Below, piece by piece: positions 23,712 to 36,849 of a stretch of DNA of 64,000 bases. Each line of letters starts with the position of its first letter. Position 1 is the stretch's first letter. The notes beneath the pieces are model-generated. The model searched no databases, was not told the origin of the DNA, and worked only from the letters and a program-made list of their open reading frames with translations. Origin of the DNA: the human T2T-CHM13v2.0 reference genome, Homo sapiens; the NCBI RefSeq assembly GCF_009914755.1, contig NC_060929.1; one strand, given 5' to 3'. The translations under genes and the position numbers were made by a program.

Positions 23712-26081
23712 CCGCACCCAGGTCCTGGAGTTGTGTGCCAGGCAGGCTGTGCCCCTCACTATGCCTGGCCACAGGACACAGCTTTTATGTATCTCCCAGT
23801 TGCCACTCTGGGCCCTGAAAAGGCCCAGGCAGATGGAAAGCTGGACGCCTGAGGTCACCGTGGGCCCTCCACCCAGCTCCGGCACTCACTGGGCCTGGTG
23901 CCCTTCCAGTCAGTGTGTCGATCTCAGCCCAGGGCCACGTGGGAACGATTAGGTGCATGGCGTGGGAGCTAGCTCACTGAAGGCCCGAGCCCCTCATGCA
24001 GGGTCTGCTGACACCAGACAGGAACATCAAGCAAAGGGGACTTGGCCCCAGCCCCAAGTTCTGGGATCCAGACCTATAGCCCCAGGCCCACGCTCACATC
24101 CACAGCCTGGGCCCCAGGCCTGGAGCTAAGGCTGGACAGGCTCACCTCCTCCCCGACAGCCCATTACCAAACCCCCACCTTCCAGCCCAGCCTCACCCCT
24201 GACCTGGCAGCTGGCCTCACCCAGCGTCTTCTAAGGCCAATGGTTTCTGGGCTTATTCTGAGATTGAAATTCCTTTCCTGTGTTCTGAATTTCAAGTTCT
24301 CATTAAAGATATGTGGATTGGGGGTGGGGGTGGAGGGAGGATTCAGCAGAAGATGCCAAACACCAGCAGAAGCCCAGAAAATAAGGCAAGGCCGGCCAGG
24401 CTGTGGGGGAAGGGCTGCCATGTTCAGGAAGACAAGCACCATATGGAATCTGGGATCAGAGACATGGCCAAGGGCACGTGGCCAGCTCACCTCACCTGAG
24501 CAGAGGCCCCCAGAACCACCCTGAATCTTCCAGGAGAGGCCAGCCAGAAGCACCAAGCCCACAGCACAAGTGACCAGCCCCTGAGCTCTCGGGGACACAG
24601 GGGTTGCTAATGCCACTGGGCTTGCCCGACAGCAGCTAGCTAGCAAGGAGCAAAGCTGGGGCCCTGCCCCCGGGTCTGGAGCACTCGCTCAGCCCCTTCC
24701 ACGCTGGCCCTCCTAGATTACTCCTCCTTCCTTCCCTGCAAAATAGTCCAAGGGTGGGGATAAGTCGAGGCTGAGACCACAGCTGGAAAAGGCTGGGCAG
24801 GCAGTACCCAGTGGCCCGGCTGTCTGCAGCATAGCAGACGCTGATTTGTCACCAAGGAACAAGGGGCCACCGGTTGCACTGATTGGCTCCAGAGTACATT
24901 GGGCTTCCTGATGGAACAATTCCTTTGCAAAGGTATCTGATGCCGTTTCATGAAATTAGAAGTATGCCTGCCAGGCTGTACCCAATTTTTCTGTCAAGCT
25001 AGGAAGTCAGACAGACCTACAGTAAATGAGGCGGGGCTGCTATGGAGTGACGGGAGTACCTTAGTAAATCACAGCACGGGGGCTGGCCCAGCCCAGGCCC
25101 CTGGAGCACTCGCTGTGAACGTGCAGGTGTGCCCGATCCTGGGCCCCAGACTCCAGACTCTCCTCACCCAGGGGTCCTGACCAGAGGCTGAGGGCTGAGC
25201 TCGCAGCTTCCCACTCTCCCAGCAAGAGCCAAGCACAGGCCAGGAGTCCCTGACCACACGGGGGACCCTGAGAACTATGGGCCTGCAGAACCACATCAGA
25301 CACCAACCCTGGCTTCACCACAATCCAGGACCAGAGACTGGGGGATGCTGGGAGGTGTGGGCTGGCACAGTGAGGCCAGATCTGAGGCGACAGTCATGGA
25401 CTGTCACCATGGCCGCCTGGCAGCTCCTTTCACGTTTCTGGGCCCAGGGCACACGTGGGTTCTGAGTTGAAAAAGACAGACGCCCATGAGTCTGTGCAGA
25501 GACTGCTGAGGCTGCTGGGAGCACCTCCAGAGTCCTTGTAGGGCACATGCCTCCAGGGATCCAGAAAGAGCATGCAGGGCCTTTCTCCCTGAGCAGCCAG
25601 GTGAGGGTTGGGACCTACCACAGGCACCCTCCCAGGGACCATGGCAGCACAGAGCAGGAGAGGCGCTGTCTGGGGCTCTGGAGGCCTCTTCACAGGCACA
25701 GACTCAGAGACGCAGGCACTGGACTCAGGCCTGGCCGGGGGCCCCCGCCCCGCTCCACGACACTTGCTTGCCTTTAGGCAACAGAAGATGGGCCCTTGGA
25801 CAGCCTTCATAGTCCACCATGGAGGCCCCAGACATGAAGGCAGAGGTGTCTGGGCTGCTTGTCACCCACATGCACCCAGAACAGAGGCCCCAGCCCCAGC
25901 AGCCCTGCTACGCCCTGCCGTCAGCCAGGCAGCTGGCCCATTTCTGAGCCACTGAGACCGGGGCTCAGCCTCAGCAGCCAAGCTGGTCTGTGGAGAGCTG
26001 CCTGAGTCTCTGGGATGCTCCCCTGGGGACCAGGGCCTCAGAGGGCTCTCCACACAGCCTGCCCACCTGCAGTAGCCTCAC

Positions 26082-26235
26082 CTGTGTCCAGGGCCTGTGG
26101 CCCCCCGAGAGGAGGGGACGTGGGTGGCCGGCGATACACCACATGCACACGGCCTTGCTCAGCCTCCTGCGCCGCCAGCCCCTTCTCCAAGGGTTCGATG
26201 AAGAACTCCTCCTCCTCCATCCGGATCAGACCAGC
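26082..26235 (-). CDS. ADAMTS2: ADAMTS2 internal coding exon (exon 3, prodomain), 154 nt, phase 0 to phase 1
   Basis: The minus-strand translation [51 protein letters not shown](G) is recognised as ADAMTS2 prodomain. Acceptor: ctgttgtctttgtcccgcag|GCT. Donor: ACAG|gtgagg. The 154-nt length fits c.535-688, and codon 225 (CAG, Gln) falls at 26097-26095. Confidence 0.97.
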
Positions 26236-26654
26236 CTGCGGGACAAAGACAACAGGATCAGATTTCCAGCACACAAAAGACCAAGGAAGGGGAACAGCGA
26301 GGAGACCCCCTCAGGGAGTACCTCCCACCTGAAGACCCTGCCCAGCACCCCAGCTGGTGCTCAGCTTGAACCCTGGGCTGGCCGGAGGGTATGAACATGT
26401 GGTCCCAGAGGCCGCCCCCCGCCGCCCACCCTGTCTAGGAAAGGGGCCTCTGTCTGGGTCATCTCCACCCCTATACACCAACCCTGTCTGCTTTCAGAAA
26501 AGTTACTGTGTTTATAAAGTCAAAACCGTCCAGAGAAGCAGGGAGACATTCAAGGGCAGCTGTGGGCCTGTGCGTGTCCCCAGGAGGGCATCCACCAAAG
26601 TGCATCAATATGGGCCAAGTGCTGCCCCCACTCCCAGGAGCCCAGAGTCCAAGA

Positions 26655-26890
26655 CAAAGGTCAAAACAGCCAGCCGGGGATTGAATCTGCCCACACACAT
26701 GTTCCATCTGGGCCAAACAATATTTTTAAAGCTCTGAAGCTAACACTCAGAATGATGAGATTTCATGTCTTGAACATGGAATCCCAGCTTTCCTTGGAAA
26801 CGCAGGCCCTGACCACAGCGGGTCTTGGATGGAACACATGCCCCTGCAACTGGCTCCAGTCCCTACTGCCCCCCAACTGTCTCTCCTGCT
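26655..26890 (+). mobile_element. MER102-like hAT-Charlie MITE
   Basis: caaaggtcaaaac...gaatctgcccacacacatgttc...gagatttcatgt...cccagctttccttggaaa...ccagtccctactgccc. Confidence 0.65.
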
Positions 26891-27251
26891 CTCTGTGTCA
26901 GCCACCAGCCCAGACTCTACAGGCAGCTGAACTGCTGCCCCTGACCCCCTAGGCCAGCCAGCACCCTCCCTGACTACAAACTCCTCGCTGGGTCCTCATT
27001 TCCGTTGGGACTCAGGCTGCTCTATATGCTGGCATTCAGGCTCTTGGCCTGCCCCACCCTCCCAGACCGCGGCTTGCACCACCCCATGCTTCTCACTGGG
27101 CTGGGTGCACCCTGCCGAGCCACCCAGCCCCTGAACCCCATGCTGCCAACTCAGGAATCCCCATTCTCCCACCCCACCACCCCATCCCCAGCTCGGCCAT
27201 CTGGTAAACCTGTGTTCCCCCTTCGAGGCCTGATTCAGACCCCCTCACCTC

Positions 27252-27330
27252 TCCTGCCCTCCCCTGCCATCCAGCCTGCCCTCCCCTGCCATACCCTGCC
27301 CTCCCCTGCCATACCCTGCCATCCAGCCTG
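27252..27330 (+). repeat. Short C-rich tandem repeat (ccctgccctc/ccctgccata units)
   Basis: Repeated 10-13 bp units built on cctgcc. Confidence 0.75.
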
Positions 27331-27406
27331 CTGGCACCATCAGGTCCACCCATCCCATGACAACTCCAGCTCCTACACTTTTATCTTCTGGTCCATTATC
27401 CATAAA

Positions 27407-27680
27407 CCAAGGTCTCACACTGGAAGTGCACACTGTGTCCAGCCTTCAGAGTGTTTCCTTCAGATCACAAGCTTATGACCCATGCAGGGGATTTTAAAAG
27501 CTTGAATTTGTTGCCAAACTTAAGAAACAGGAGAGTTCACATAAACGACCAGATTTCCAGACTCTCTTGAAAATCAGAAAAGCTGGCATTTCCAGCACCC
27601 ATCGACACTCCAGCTTAGCTGGCGCTGGCCGGGGTCCCCTGTCCAGTTAGGAGTGTGCCCTCTGGTGGGCAGCCCCCGGC
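27407..27680 (+). mobile_element. MER102-like hAT-Charlie MITE
   Basis: ttgaatttgttgccaaacttaagaaacaggagagttcacataaacgaccagatttccagactctcttgaaaatcagaaaagctggca. Confidence 0.8.
27653..27671 (-). promoter_or_regulatory. Candidate CTCF site
   Basis: Minus strand TGCCCACCAGAGGGCACAC is a close match to the CTCF core CCACCAG(A/G)GGGC(A/G)C. Motif evidence only. Confidence 0.5.
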
Positions 27681-28566
27681 ACCTGCCATCTGGATGTGCG
27701 GAAACCACACCCCCCCCAAAGTAACCTCATGATGGCCTCTGCCATATCATCATCTTGGTTGTGGGGGGGCACGGTGGCGCACGGGCTGCCCCTCCTTCTC
27801 CCTGACCCCAGGTGCTCGGTGAGCCCCATCCTGTTGCTGGCTGGGAGCCTCTGCAGACCGAGATGCAGTCAGTGCCCCCCAGGGCCTGCTGGGCGGCTGC
27901 CCCTAGCCTCAAGTGTAGCGAGGGAGGCTGGAGATGCCTCCCGGCGCACTCAGCCTGGGCCCTCGGGAAGCTGATGTGCCAGGCAGGGGCTGGTGGAGGT
28001 GCAGGGCCTGGAGGAACACAGAGCCCAGCATCAGGCCTGGCTCCAGAATGAAGGATGCCTCCGGCAGGAGGTGACATCTACCCAAACCCACCCAATCCCT
28101 TTGTGCTGGCCAGGCAAAGAGTCAGAGAGAGGACCAGTGCTCCATATGGGGGAAACCGCACATGCCATGGCCGGGGAGGTGGACGGAGCACAGCTGGTGG
28201 GAAGAGCTGACCAGGTGGGTGGACAGGAGCATCAAGGGCACGGTGCCCGGTGGCCCATCACTCAGGGGGCTGGTGAGGGAGATTGTAGGCAGCCCAGGGC
28301 TTCTGGGGGGAGCCTTGATCTGATTCCAGTTCAGAAGCATGGTGGCTGCGGCAGGGGGAATGGGCTGCGGAACAAAAATGGGTCTGGGGTCCTGGGGAGA
28401 AGGTGTTACAGGCACCTGGGAGAGGGGTAATGGTCCAGACGGGAGCATGAGAGACAAGGACGAGTGGCAGGTATGAAGGAGGTGAGGAGCGAAATGGACA
28501 GGACGTGGTAGGGTAGAGCCGGCTGAGATGGGAGGGAGGAGGAAGCACCTGGTGGGCTTCCAGGTC

Positions 28567-29028
28567 TGTGGCTGAAGAACCGGCCCCCAAAGTTACCCAG
28601 GCCCCCATCCCTGGCAGCTGTGAGGGTAGTGGACATGGTGGAAAGAGACTCTGCGGGTGTGATCAGGTCAGCTCTGGGGCTGGCTGGGCCCTGAATGCAG
28701 TCCTTGCCCACTTCCTTATGCCGGGGAGTGGAGGGGGATTAGGCAGATGCGCAGAGGACGAGGCCATGGGCAGACAGGGAGGATGCCAGATGCCAGCTTT
28801 GGAGATTGGAGCGATGTGGCCTCAAGCCAAGGAATGCTGGCAGCCCCCAGGAGCTGGCAGAGGCCAGAAAGTGTCCTCCCCCAGAGTCTCCAGAGGGAGC
28901 GCAGCCCTGCCGATGCCTGGATTTGGGTCAGGTTATACCGACTTCGGACGTCCGGCCTCAGAACTGTGAGAGAACGAATTCCTGCTGTTTTAAGTGGTTC
29001 CTTACAGCAGCCGCAGAAAAGTAATTCA
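28567..29028 (+). mobile_element. MLT1C/D-type LTR
   Basis: ggagattggagcgatgtggcctcaagccaaggaatgctggcagcc...agaactgtgagaga...ctgttttaag...acagcagccgcagaaaagtaattca. Confidence 0.88.
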
Positions 29029-29579
29029 GGGTCCTGGTGGGTGGCCGGCAAAGTGGGTGCCATTCTCCGAGGGGCATGAGAAGAAGGGCAAGGGGCGCAG
29101 GACCCTCTGGGCTCAGGCATCCTGGGCTTCTGGGGAAGAGGCCTAGGAGGCAGTGGTAACCAGAGTTACCAGGGCAAGACCGAGGTCGGAGAAGGAGGTC
29201 AGCAGGGCTGTGGGAGGAGAGCGGAAGAGGGGGTGGGAACCCTGCAGGCCCCACGCTTCTGACTCATCCCTGGGTCTCAGGGCTCAACCAGGCCTGGCGA
29301 AGACTCAGCAGATGCCTGTGGAATGAGCGAACCGATGACCCCAAAGCTGCAGGCCACGTCCCCCAAGGGAGGCACCGAGCAGGCAGGCGGGAAGAACACA
29401 GCCAGGCCTGTCCACTGGCACAGGGGCAGTGTGTTTACCAGTGCAGGAGTTGGGAGGGTCCAGCACTGATGGTCCCGGTGCGTGGTGTGGAGAAGGCTGG
29501 TGCCTCAAATCCATCTTATGACTGAAACTCATTGGATGAAGTGCAGGAATTAACCCTGGGGGGCGGCAGCGGGCAAGCT

Positions 29580-29700
29580 GTCCTGGAGCGTGAAGTTCTG
29601 ACTTCCTGGCACCCTTTCTATCTGGCCAGGTGACCTCAGGCAAGGTGTCAAGCTCCCCAAGCGTCCAGTGACTCGTCTGTACATGAGGCCGGTCATTTCC
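29580..29700 (+). mobile_element. MIR (degenerate)
   Basis: gtgacctcaggcaaggtgtcaagctccc...ctcgtctgtacatgagg. Confidence 0.55.
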
Positions 29701-29789
29701 CGTGCACACTCACACAGGAGCACATGCAGCCTGGGAGACACTGAGAACCAGGCCACGCCTCCACCCAAGTGATTTCATCCAGCCAGCTT

Positions 29790-29875
29790 GCTTTCCAAAT
29801 GAGGAAACCGAGGCCTAGATGGGCAGACAGGCTGCTGGGGACACACAGGTTCTAGGGATCAGAACTCACACCTAC
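29790..29875 (-). mobile_element. MIR core
   Basis: ttccaaatgaggaaaccgaggcctaga. Confidence 0.65.
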
Positions 29876-30471
29876 ACGGAAAGGGCATCTCCCAGACAGG
29901 TCCCTGGGCCAGACTGGGCCGATTGAGCCAATTAGGGCAGGACACTGGGGCATGAGGACCCCTTATGGCAGCTCCATCTTCTGGGGGAACTTGCAGCCCA
30001 GGTCGGGAGCCATCGATGCCACAGGCCTGAGGCCCTGGGGTTATTCTGGAGGGACCTAGTGTGACAATGAGGCCAGGCTCAGCCTGGGGAAGGGCAGTAC
30101 TCTCTGGCCGGAGTAACCCGGGGGACAGTTTGGGGTCTCCCTGACCAGCAGGGGTCAGGCTCCCCTCCCTGGCTGCCTCCCTGAGGACAATCACTGGGCT
30201 GAGCCAACAGCACTAGCTCCATCTGATGCTGCCCTGGGCCTTGCCTCCTGGAAGGGCACCCCTGCAGGCGACTCCTCGGAGGGCACAGGAGCACACTGGG
30301 GTCCATCTGAAGCAGGGCCTGGGCTCAGGCTTCCTCACACAGCCAGAAGCCTCCAAGCGGTGGCATTCTCCAACACAGACGTTCAACATGCTCCTCACAG
30401 CCCCGCCCGTCTCTGTTGACCACCGTGCGATGCGCACAACGCATGCTGGACGATGAACATGGTGGCACCTG

Positions 30472-31782
30472 CCCCGAGACCAAAGGCTGACCCCCCCGAG
30501 ACCAAAGGCTGACCCCCCCCCGAGACCAAAGGCTGACCCCCCGCGAGACCAAAGGCTGACCGCCCCCGAGACCAAAGGCTGACCCCCCCCCCCGAGACCA
30601 AAGGCTGACCCCCCACCCGAGACCAAAGGCTGACACCCCCCAGAGACCAAAGGCTGACCCCCCCGAGACCAAAGGCTGACCCCCCCGCGAGACCAAAGGC
30701 TGACCCCCCACCCGAGACCAAAGGCTGACACCCCCCAGAGACCAAAGGCTGACCCCCCCGAGACCAAAGGCTGACACCCCCCAGAGACCAAAGGCTGACA
30801 CCCCCGAGACCAAAGGCTGACCCCCCCGCGAGACCAAAGGCTGAACCCCCCCGAGACCAAAGGCTGACACCCCCCGAGACCAAAGGCTGACCGCCCCCGA
30901 GACCAAAGGCTGACCCCCCCGCGAGACCAAAGGCTGACCCCCCCCGAGACCAAAGGCTGAACCCCCCGCGAGACCAAAGGCTGACCCCCCCTGAGACCAA
31001 AGGCTGACCCCCCTGCGAGACCAAAGGCTGACCCCCCCCGAGACCAAAGGCTGACCCCCCCCGAGACCAACGGCTGACGCCCCCGCGAGACCAAAGGCTG
31101 ACCCCCTCCGAGACCAAAGGCTGACACCCCCCGAGACCAAAGGCTGACCGCCCCCGAGACCAAAGGCTGACCCCCCCGTGAGACCAAAGGCTGACCCCCC
31201 CCGAGACCAAAGGCTGACCCCCCCGCGAGACCAAAGGCTGACCCCCCCGCGAGACCAAAGGCTGACCCCCCCCGAGACCAAAGGCTGACCCCCCCCGAGA
31301 CCAAAGGCTGACCCCCCGCGAGACCAAAGGCTGACCCCCCCCCCGAGACCAAAGGCTGACCCCCCCCCCCGAGACCAAAGGCTGACCCCCCCCGAGACCA
31401 AAGGCTGACCCCCCCGCGAGACCAAAGGCTGACCCCCCCGCGAGACCAAAGGCTGACCCCCCCGCGAGACCAAAGGCTGACCCCCCCCGAGACCAAAGGC
31501 TGACCCCCCGCGAGACCAAAGGCTGACCCCCCCCGAGACCAAAGGCTGACCCCCCCCCCCGAGACCAAAGGCTGACCCCCCACCCGAGACCAAAGGCTGA
31601 CACCCCCCAGAGACCAAAGGCTGACCCCCCCGAGACCAAAGGCTGACCCCCCCGAGACCAAAGGCTGACCGCCCCCGAGACAAAAGGCTGACCACCCCCG
31701 AGACCAAAGGCTGACCCCCCGCGAGACCAAAGGCTGACCCCCCCGAGACCAAAGGCTGACCCCCCCAAGACCATCAGCTGAC
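30472..31782 (+). repeat. About 22-26-bp minisatellite/VNTR, roughly 55 copies: gagaccaaaggctga + C6-10, sometimes followed by gc
   Basis: A nearly invariant 15-bp core with a variable C-run; extreme C/G strand skew. Confidence 0.98.
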
Positions 31783-33245
31783 GTCCTGCCAAGACCGCTG
31801 GCCAGAATAATGCTCGGGGCGGGGGGCACTTCACGGAAGAAGTGGAGATCATTTTATTCCCTGATTTTCAAACACTTCAGTATATGCATCCCAGGAATGA
31901 TCTGTCTAAAACACACAGAAGAAAATTGACAGGAGAGCAAAGCACAAAATGTGAGCTATGTTTTGCTGCATTTTTTTCCGGGACTTTGATTTTCCTGCTG
32001 CCAGTGTCAAGTGTATCTGTTTTTACATGTAATTTTTATTAATTAGAATCAGTTTCCTCTCCCCACTCAATAAATATTAAAGAAACTCCAGAAGCACACT
32101 AGGCTGAAAAGCACTCAGTTGGGAGCCTGCTGGTGGCCTGTCTGTCCAACCCCACAGCTGTCCAGCCTGGGGTCTTACAGAAAGGTTGGTACCCCGACCT
32201 GGCTCTAAGTGTGAGTCCCGCTCTGCTCTTGAAGTCTGTGGATGTCTGGCAAACCCAGCCAGGTTCTCCCCTGGGGGACAGAGAGAGGATCATGGGGAGG
32301 GCTCTGTCCCTGACCTTCAGGTGCCACCGCAGGGGCCCAGAGCCTGGTAGTACCCGGGTCATCAAGTCAAGTTGCCGGCATTCAGATCCTGGTGAGTTAC
32401 ACAACGCCTGCCCTGCCTCTTCCTTCTATAGAACCTGCTCCTTTGCAGTTGGATTGATGGTAAAGTAGTTACTAGAAATGGCAACTAGATGTTAAAAATT
32501 TATAAAGATCCAAAGGCTTAACAGCTCTCCTCTATTACTCTGAATTTTTAAGTATTCAACCACAGACAGCCTGGAAGTTAGGGGTTCACAGGAAACACAA
32601 GCATGCATCCTGTTTCCTTCTGCAGAGCACCCAGGCTGGCTGGTTCCCACTGCCCCTTCCCATGGAAGCCACAGCTGCAGCCATCAGCAGCCCCCCACCT
32701 GTGTATGACTGGGACCTGGTCTGTCACTCAACCCTGTCAACCTCCAGCATAAACACTGTCAGGTGTGTGCCAAGGTTGCAGTGGCAACAATCAAGCATAG
32801 AAGGCACAAAGCATAGGAAGCACACAGGTCCATGCACAGAGGGACCCAGACTTTGCCAAGGGACAAGGCTGCAAGTCCCTGTTGCCCTCAAACTCACCTC
32901 CCTCCGAAATACACACACAGCACGCACCTTGCCAAGAGTCCCCCAGATGCTGGCATCTGCTAAGATTCCCATTCCTGAAAGTATTCTAACTCCAAGATTC
33001 TTTCTCCCCATCTTCCTTTTGGTAATGAACCTGGGAGATCTGCTGGACAACGGGGCAATGGCCAGGCAGCCTCCCCTGCTGTGACAGCTGCCTGGTGGAA
33101 TGACGGTCTCACAGGGAGAGCTGCACAGTGCCTGCAGTTCCCAGGGCGCCTCCTCTCAGAGCCTGCTCGGGCACTCTCTTGCCTCTCCCAGCTCCCCAGG
33201 GAGGTCTCTAACAACCTTGGGAGCTTTCAGGGAAGGGGGCTGGAC

Positions 33246-33379
33246 CCCTCACTACTGAACAGTCCCAGGAGTGGGAAGTGTCATTGAGTGGGATTTGAGC
33301 CACTCCGTCCTCACCACTGGACAGTCCCAGGAGTGGGAAGTATCGAGTGGGATTTGAGCCACTCGGTCCTCACCACTGG
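33246..33379 (+). repeat. About 60-bp tandem duplication (2.2 copies)
   Basis: cagtcccaggagtgggaagt...gagtgggatttgagccactc.gtcctcaccactgg is repeated. Confidence 0.9.
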
Positions 33380-33889
33380 GGGCTCCTTTACAGTTCAGCA
33401 TCCCAGAGGATTTCACACACTGACTTTTCCACTTTTCCAAAAGGGACGCCAGCGGGCAGGAGCTGTCCATGGGGTTAGGAAACAGCTGTCCTCACCCGCA
33501 TCTCCACCAGCTCCTCCTCTGTCTCATGGGATCCTCGCCAGGTGCCAGCCACTCCCGTCCTTCCTCTTGGAGAGCGACCCCTTGTCTAGGGCTCTGTCTT
33601 GGAGCTATGGCTGGAGCTGGGCCTTCCAGGGTTCTGCTGAGCACAGTGACCACAACAGAGTTGCCTCTGAGCTCCACAGAACCTGATGACTTTGCTTGGC
33701 CACTCTAACCTTCCCTGGACCTGGTTTCAGGCCCTACAGACCTTTACTCCAGAAAGTCTCTTTTTTGGCCTAAGCTGGCCGGAGCCAATTTCCAACAGGA
33801 CCAAGGAGCCCCGACAGTCACATGCCCAGCGAGGCTCTAAGGAAAGCTAGACTCCACTTTGAAGGGCAGGGTGGGGGGCGAGGCAGGCA

Positions 33890-34020
33890 GGGAGAGTAAG
33901 CACTGGACGCTGAGCCAGGGGCCCTGGTTTCCAATGCGGTCATGGCCAGTCCTGCCCCCTTGCAGGCCCCCAGTTCCCTCATCTGCAAACTGAGGAGCTG
34001 GACTACGTAACCTATGAATT
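33890..34020 (+). mobile_element. MIR
   Basis: aagcactggacgctgagccaggggccctggttt...cagttccctcatctgcaaactgagg. Confidence 0.75.
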
Positions 34021-34305
34021 ACTGCTTATCCTGTTTATTCATCACCCCAAAAAGAAACCCCGCACACGTTGGCAGGTACCGATCATCCTTCTAAAACTCT
34101 ACTAGGACCAAGGAGAAAGAACCAAACCAAAAACCAGAAACCCACTCCTGTAAAATAAAGGCCAAGGCCGTCCCATGGCACGCAAGGCCTTCCATGGGGT
34201 CCCAGCAGCCCTCTGTCCCTGGGCGCACCCCCAGTGTCTTCCTCTCTCTCCGGGCTTCTATTTGCACCTCAAAGCCTACACCACTGCCCTTCTCTCTTGT
34301 TATAG

Positions 34306-36270
<1,965 letters not shown>

Positions 36271-36365
36271 TGGAGTCATGTTTGGTACCCATTAGTTCAC
36301 CTCCTAGGCCAATGTTTAGGAAACATTGGCCTACAAAGAAACTCTGCATTAGAAACCAAGGGCTT

Positions 36366-36478
36366 GGTCAGGCATGGTGGCTCACACCCTGTAATCCCAG
36401 CACTTTGGGAGGCTGAGGCAGGCGGATCACGAGGTCAGGAGATTGAGACCATCCTGGCTAACACGGTAAAACCATGTC
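36366..36478 (+). mobile_element. Alu left-arm fragment (Sc/Y-like)
   Basis: ggcatggtggctcacacc...ggatcacgaggtcaggagattgagaccatcctggctaacacggt, then ends abruptly. Confidence 0.9.
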
Positions 36479-36849
36479 ATCTTGAGATGGGAGCCCTAAG
36501 TCTATCAACTAACCAGGTGAGCCACTGTGAGCAACTCTGGGCCCTGGGAGAGGGTGCACAGAGGGATGGCTTCAACCCTGCTGCTAGAGAATGCCCTCGA
36601 GAGCGTCTGTCTCAGTTCTGCTTGGCATCCCTCCCCAGCACCCCCCACCTGCCACTTTACGCAGCCTGGACTTGACTTTAAAACTGAGACACCTGGCAAG
36701 TGGGGAAATCACAGGTCGAAATAGCGGAATTGCCCTCTGCATCTATGCTACAGGGATAATGAGGGTTACAAATCAGAAGACATTTAGCATATATTCTGGA
36801 AAAAAAAAGCTATGTAATATATAAACTATTCATAATTTAACTTTAATAA

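Noticed and set aside
27428-27440. Glucocorticoid response element-like GCACActgTGTCC
   Set aside because: Only 8 specified bases match, about one chance hit is expected per 64 kb, and the outer positions fit poorly.
30213-31852. Three 475-538 aa Gly-rich ORFs on the minus strand
   Set aside because: They arise from a stop-free minisatellite. All frames give the same shuffled peptides and unit lengths are not multiples of 3.
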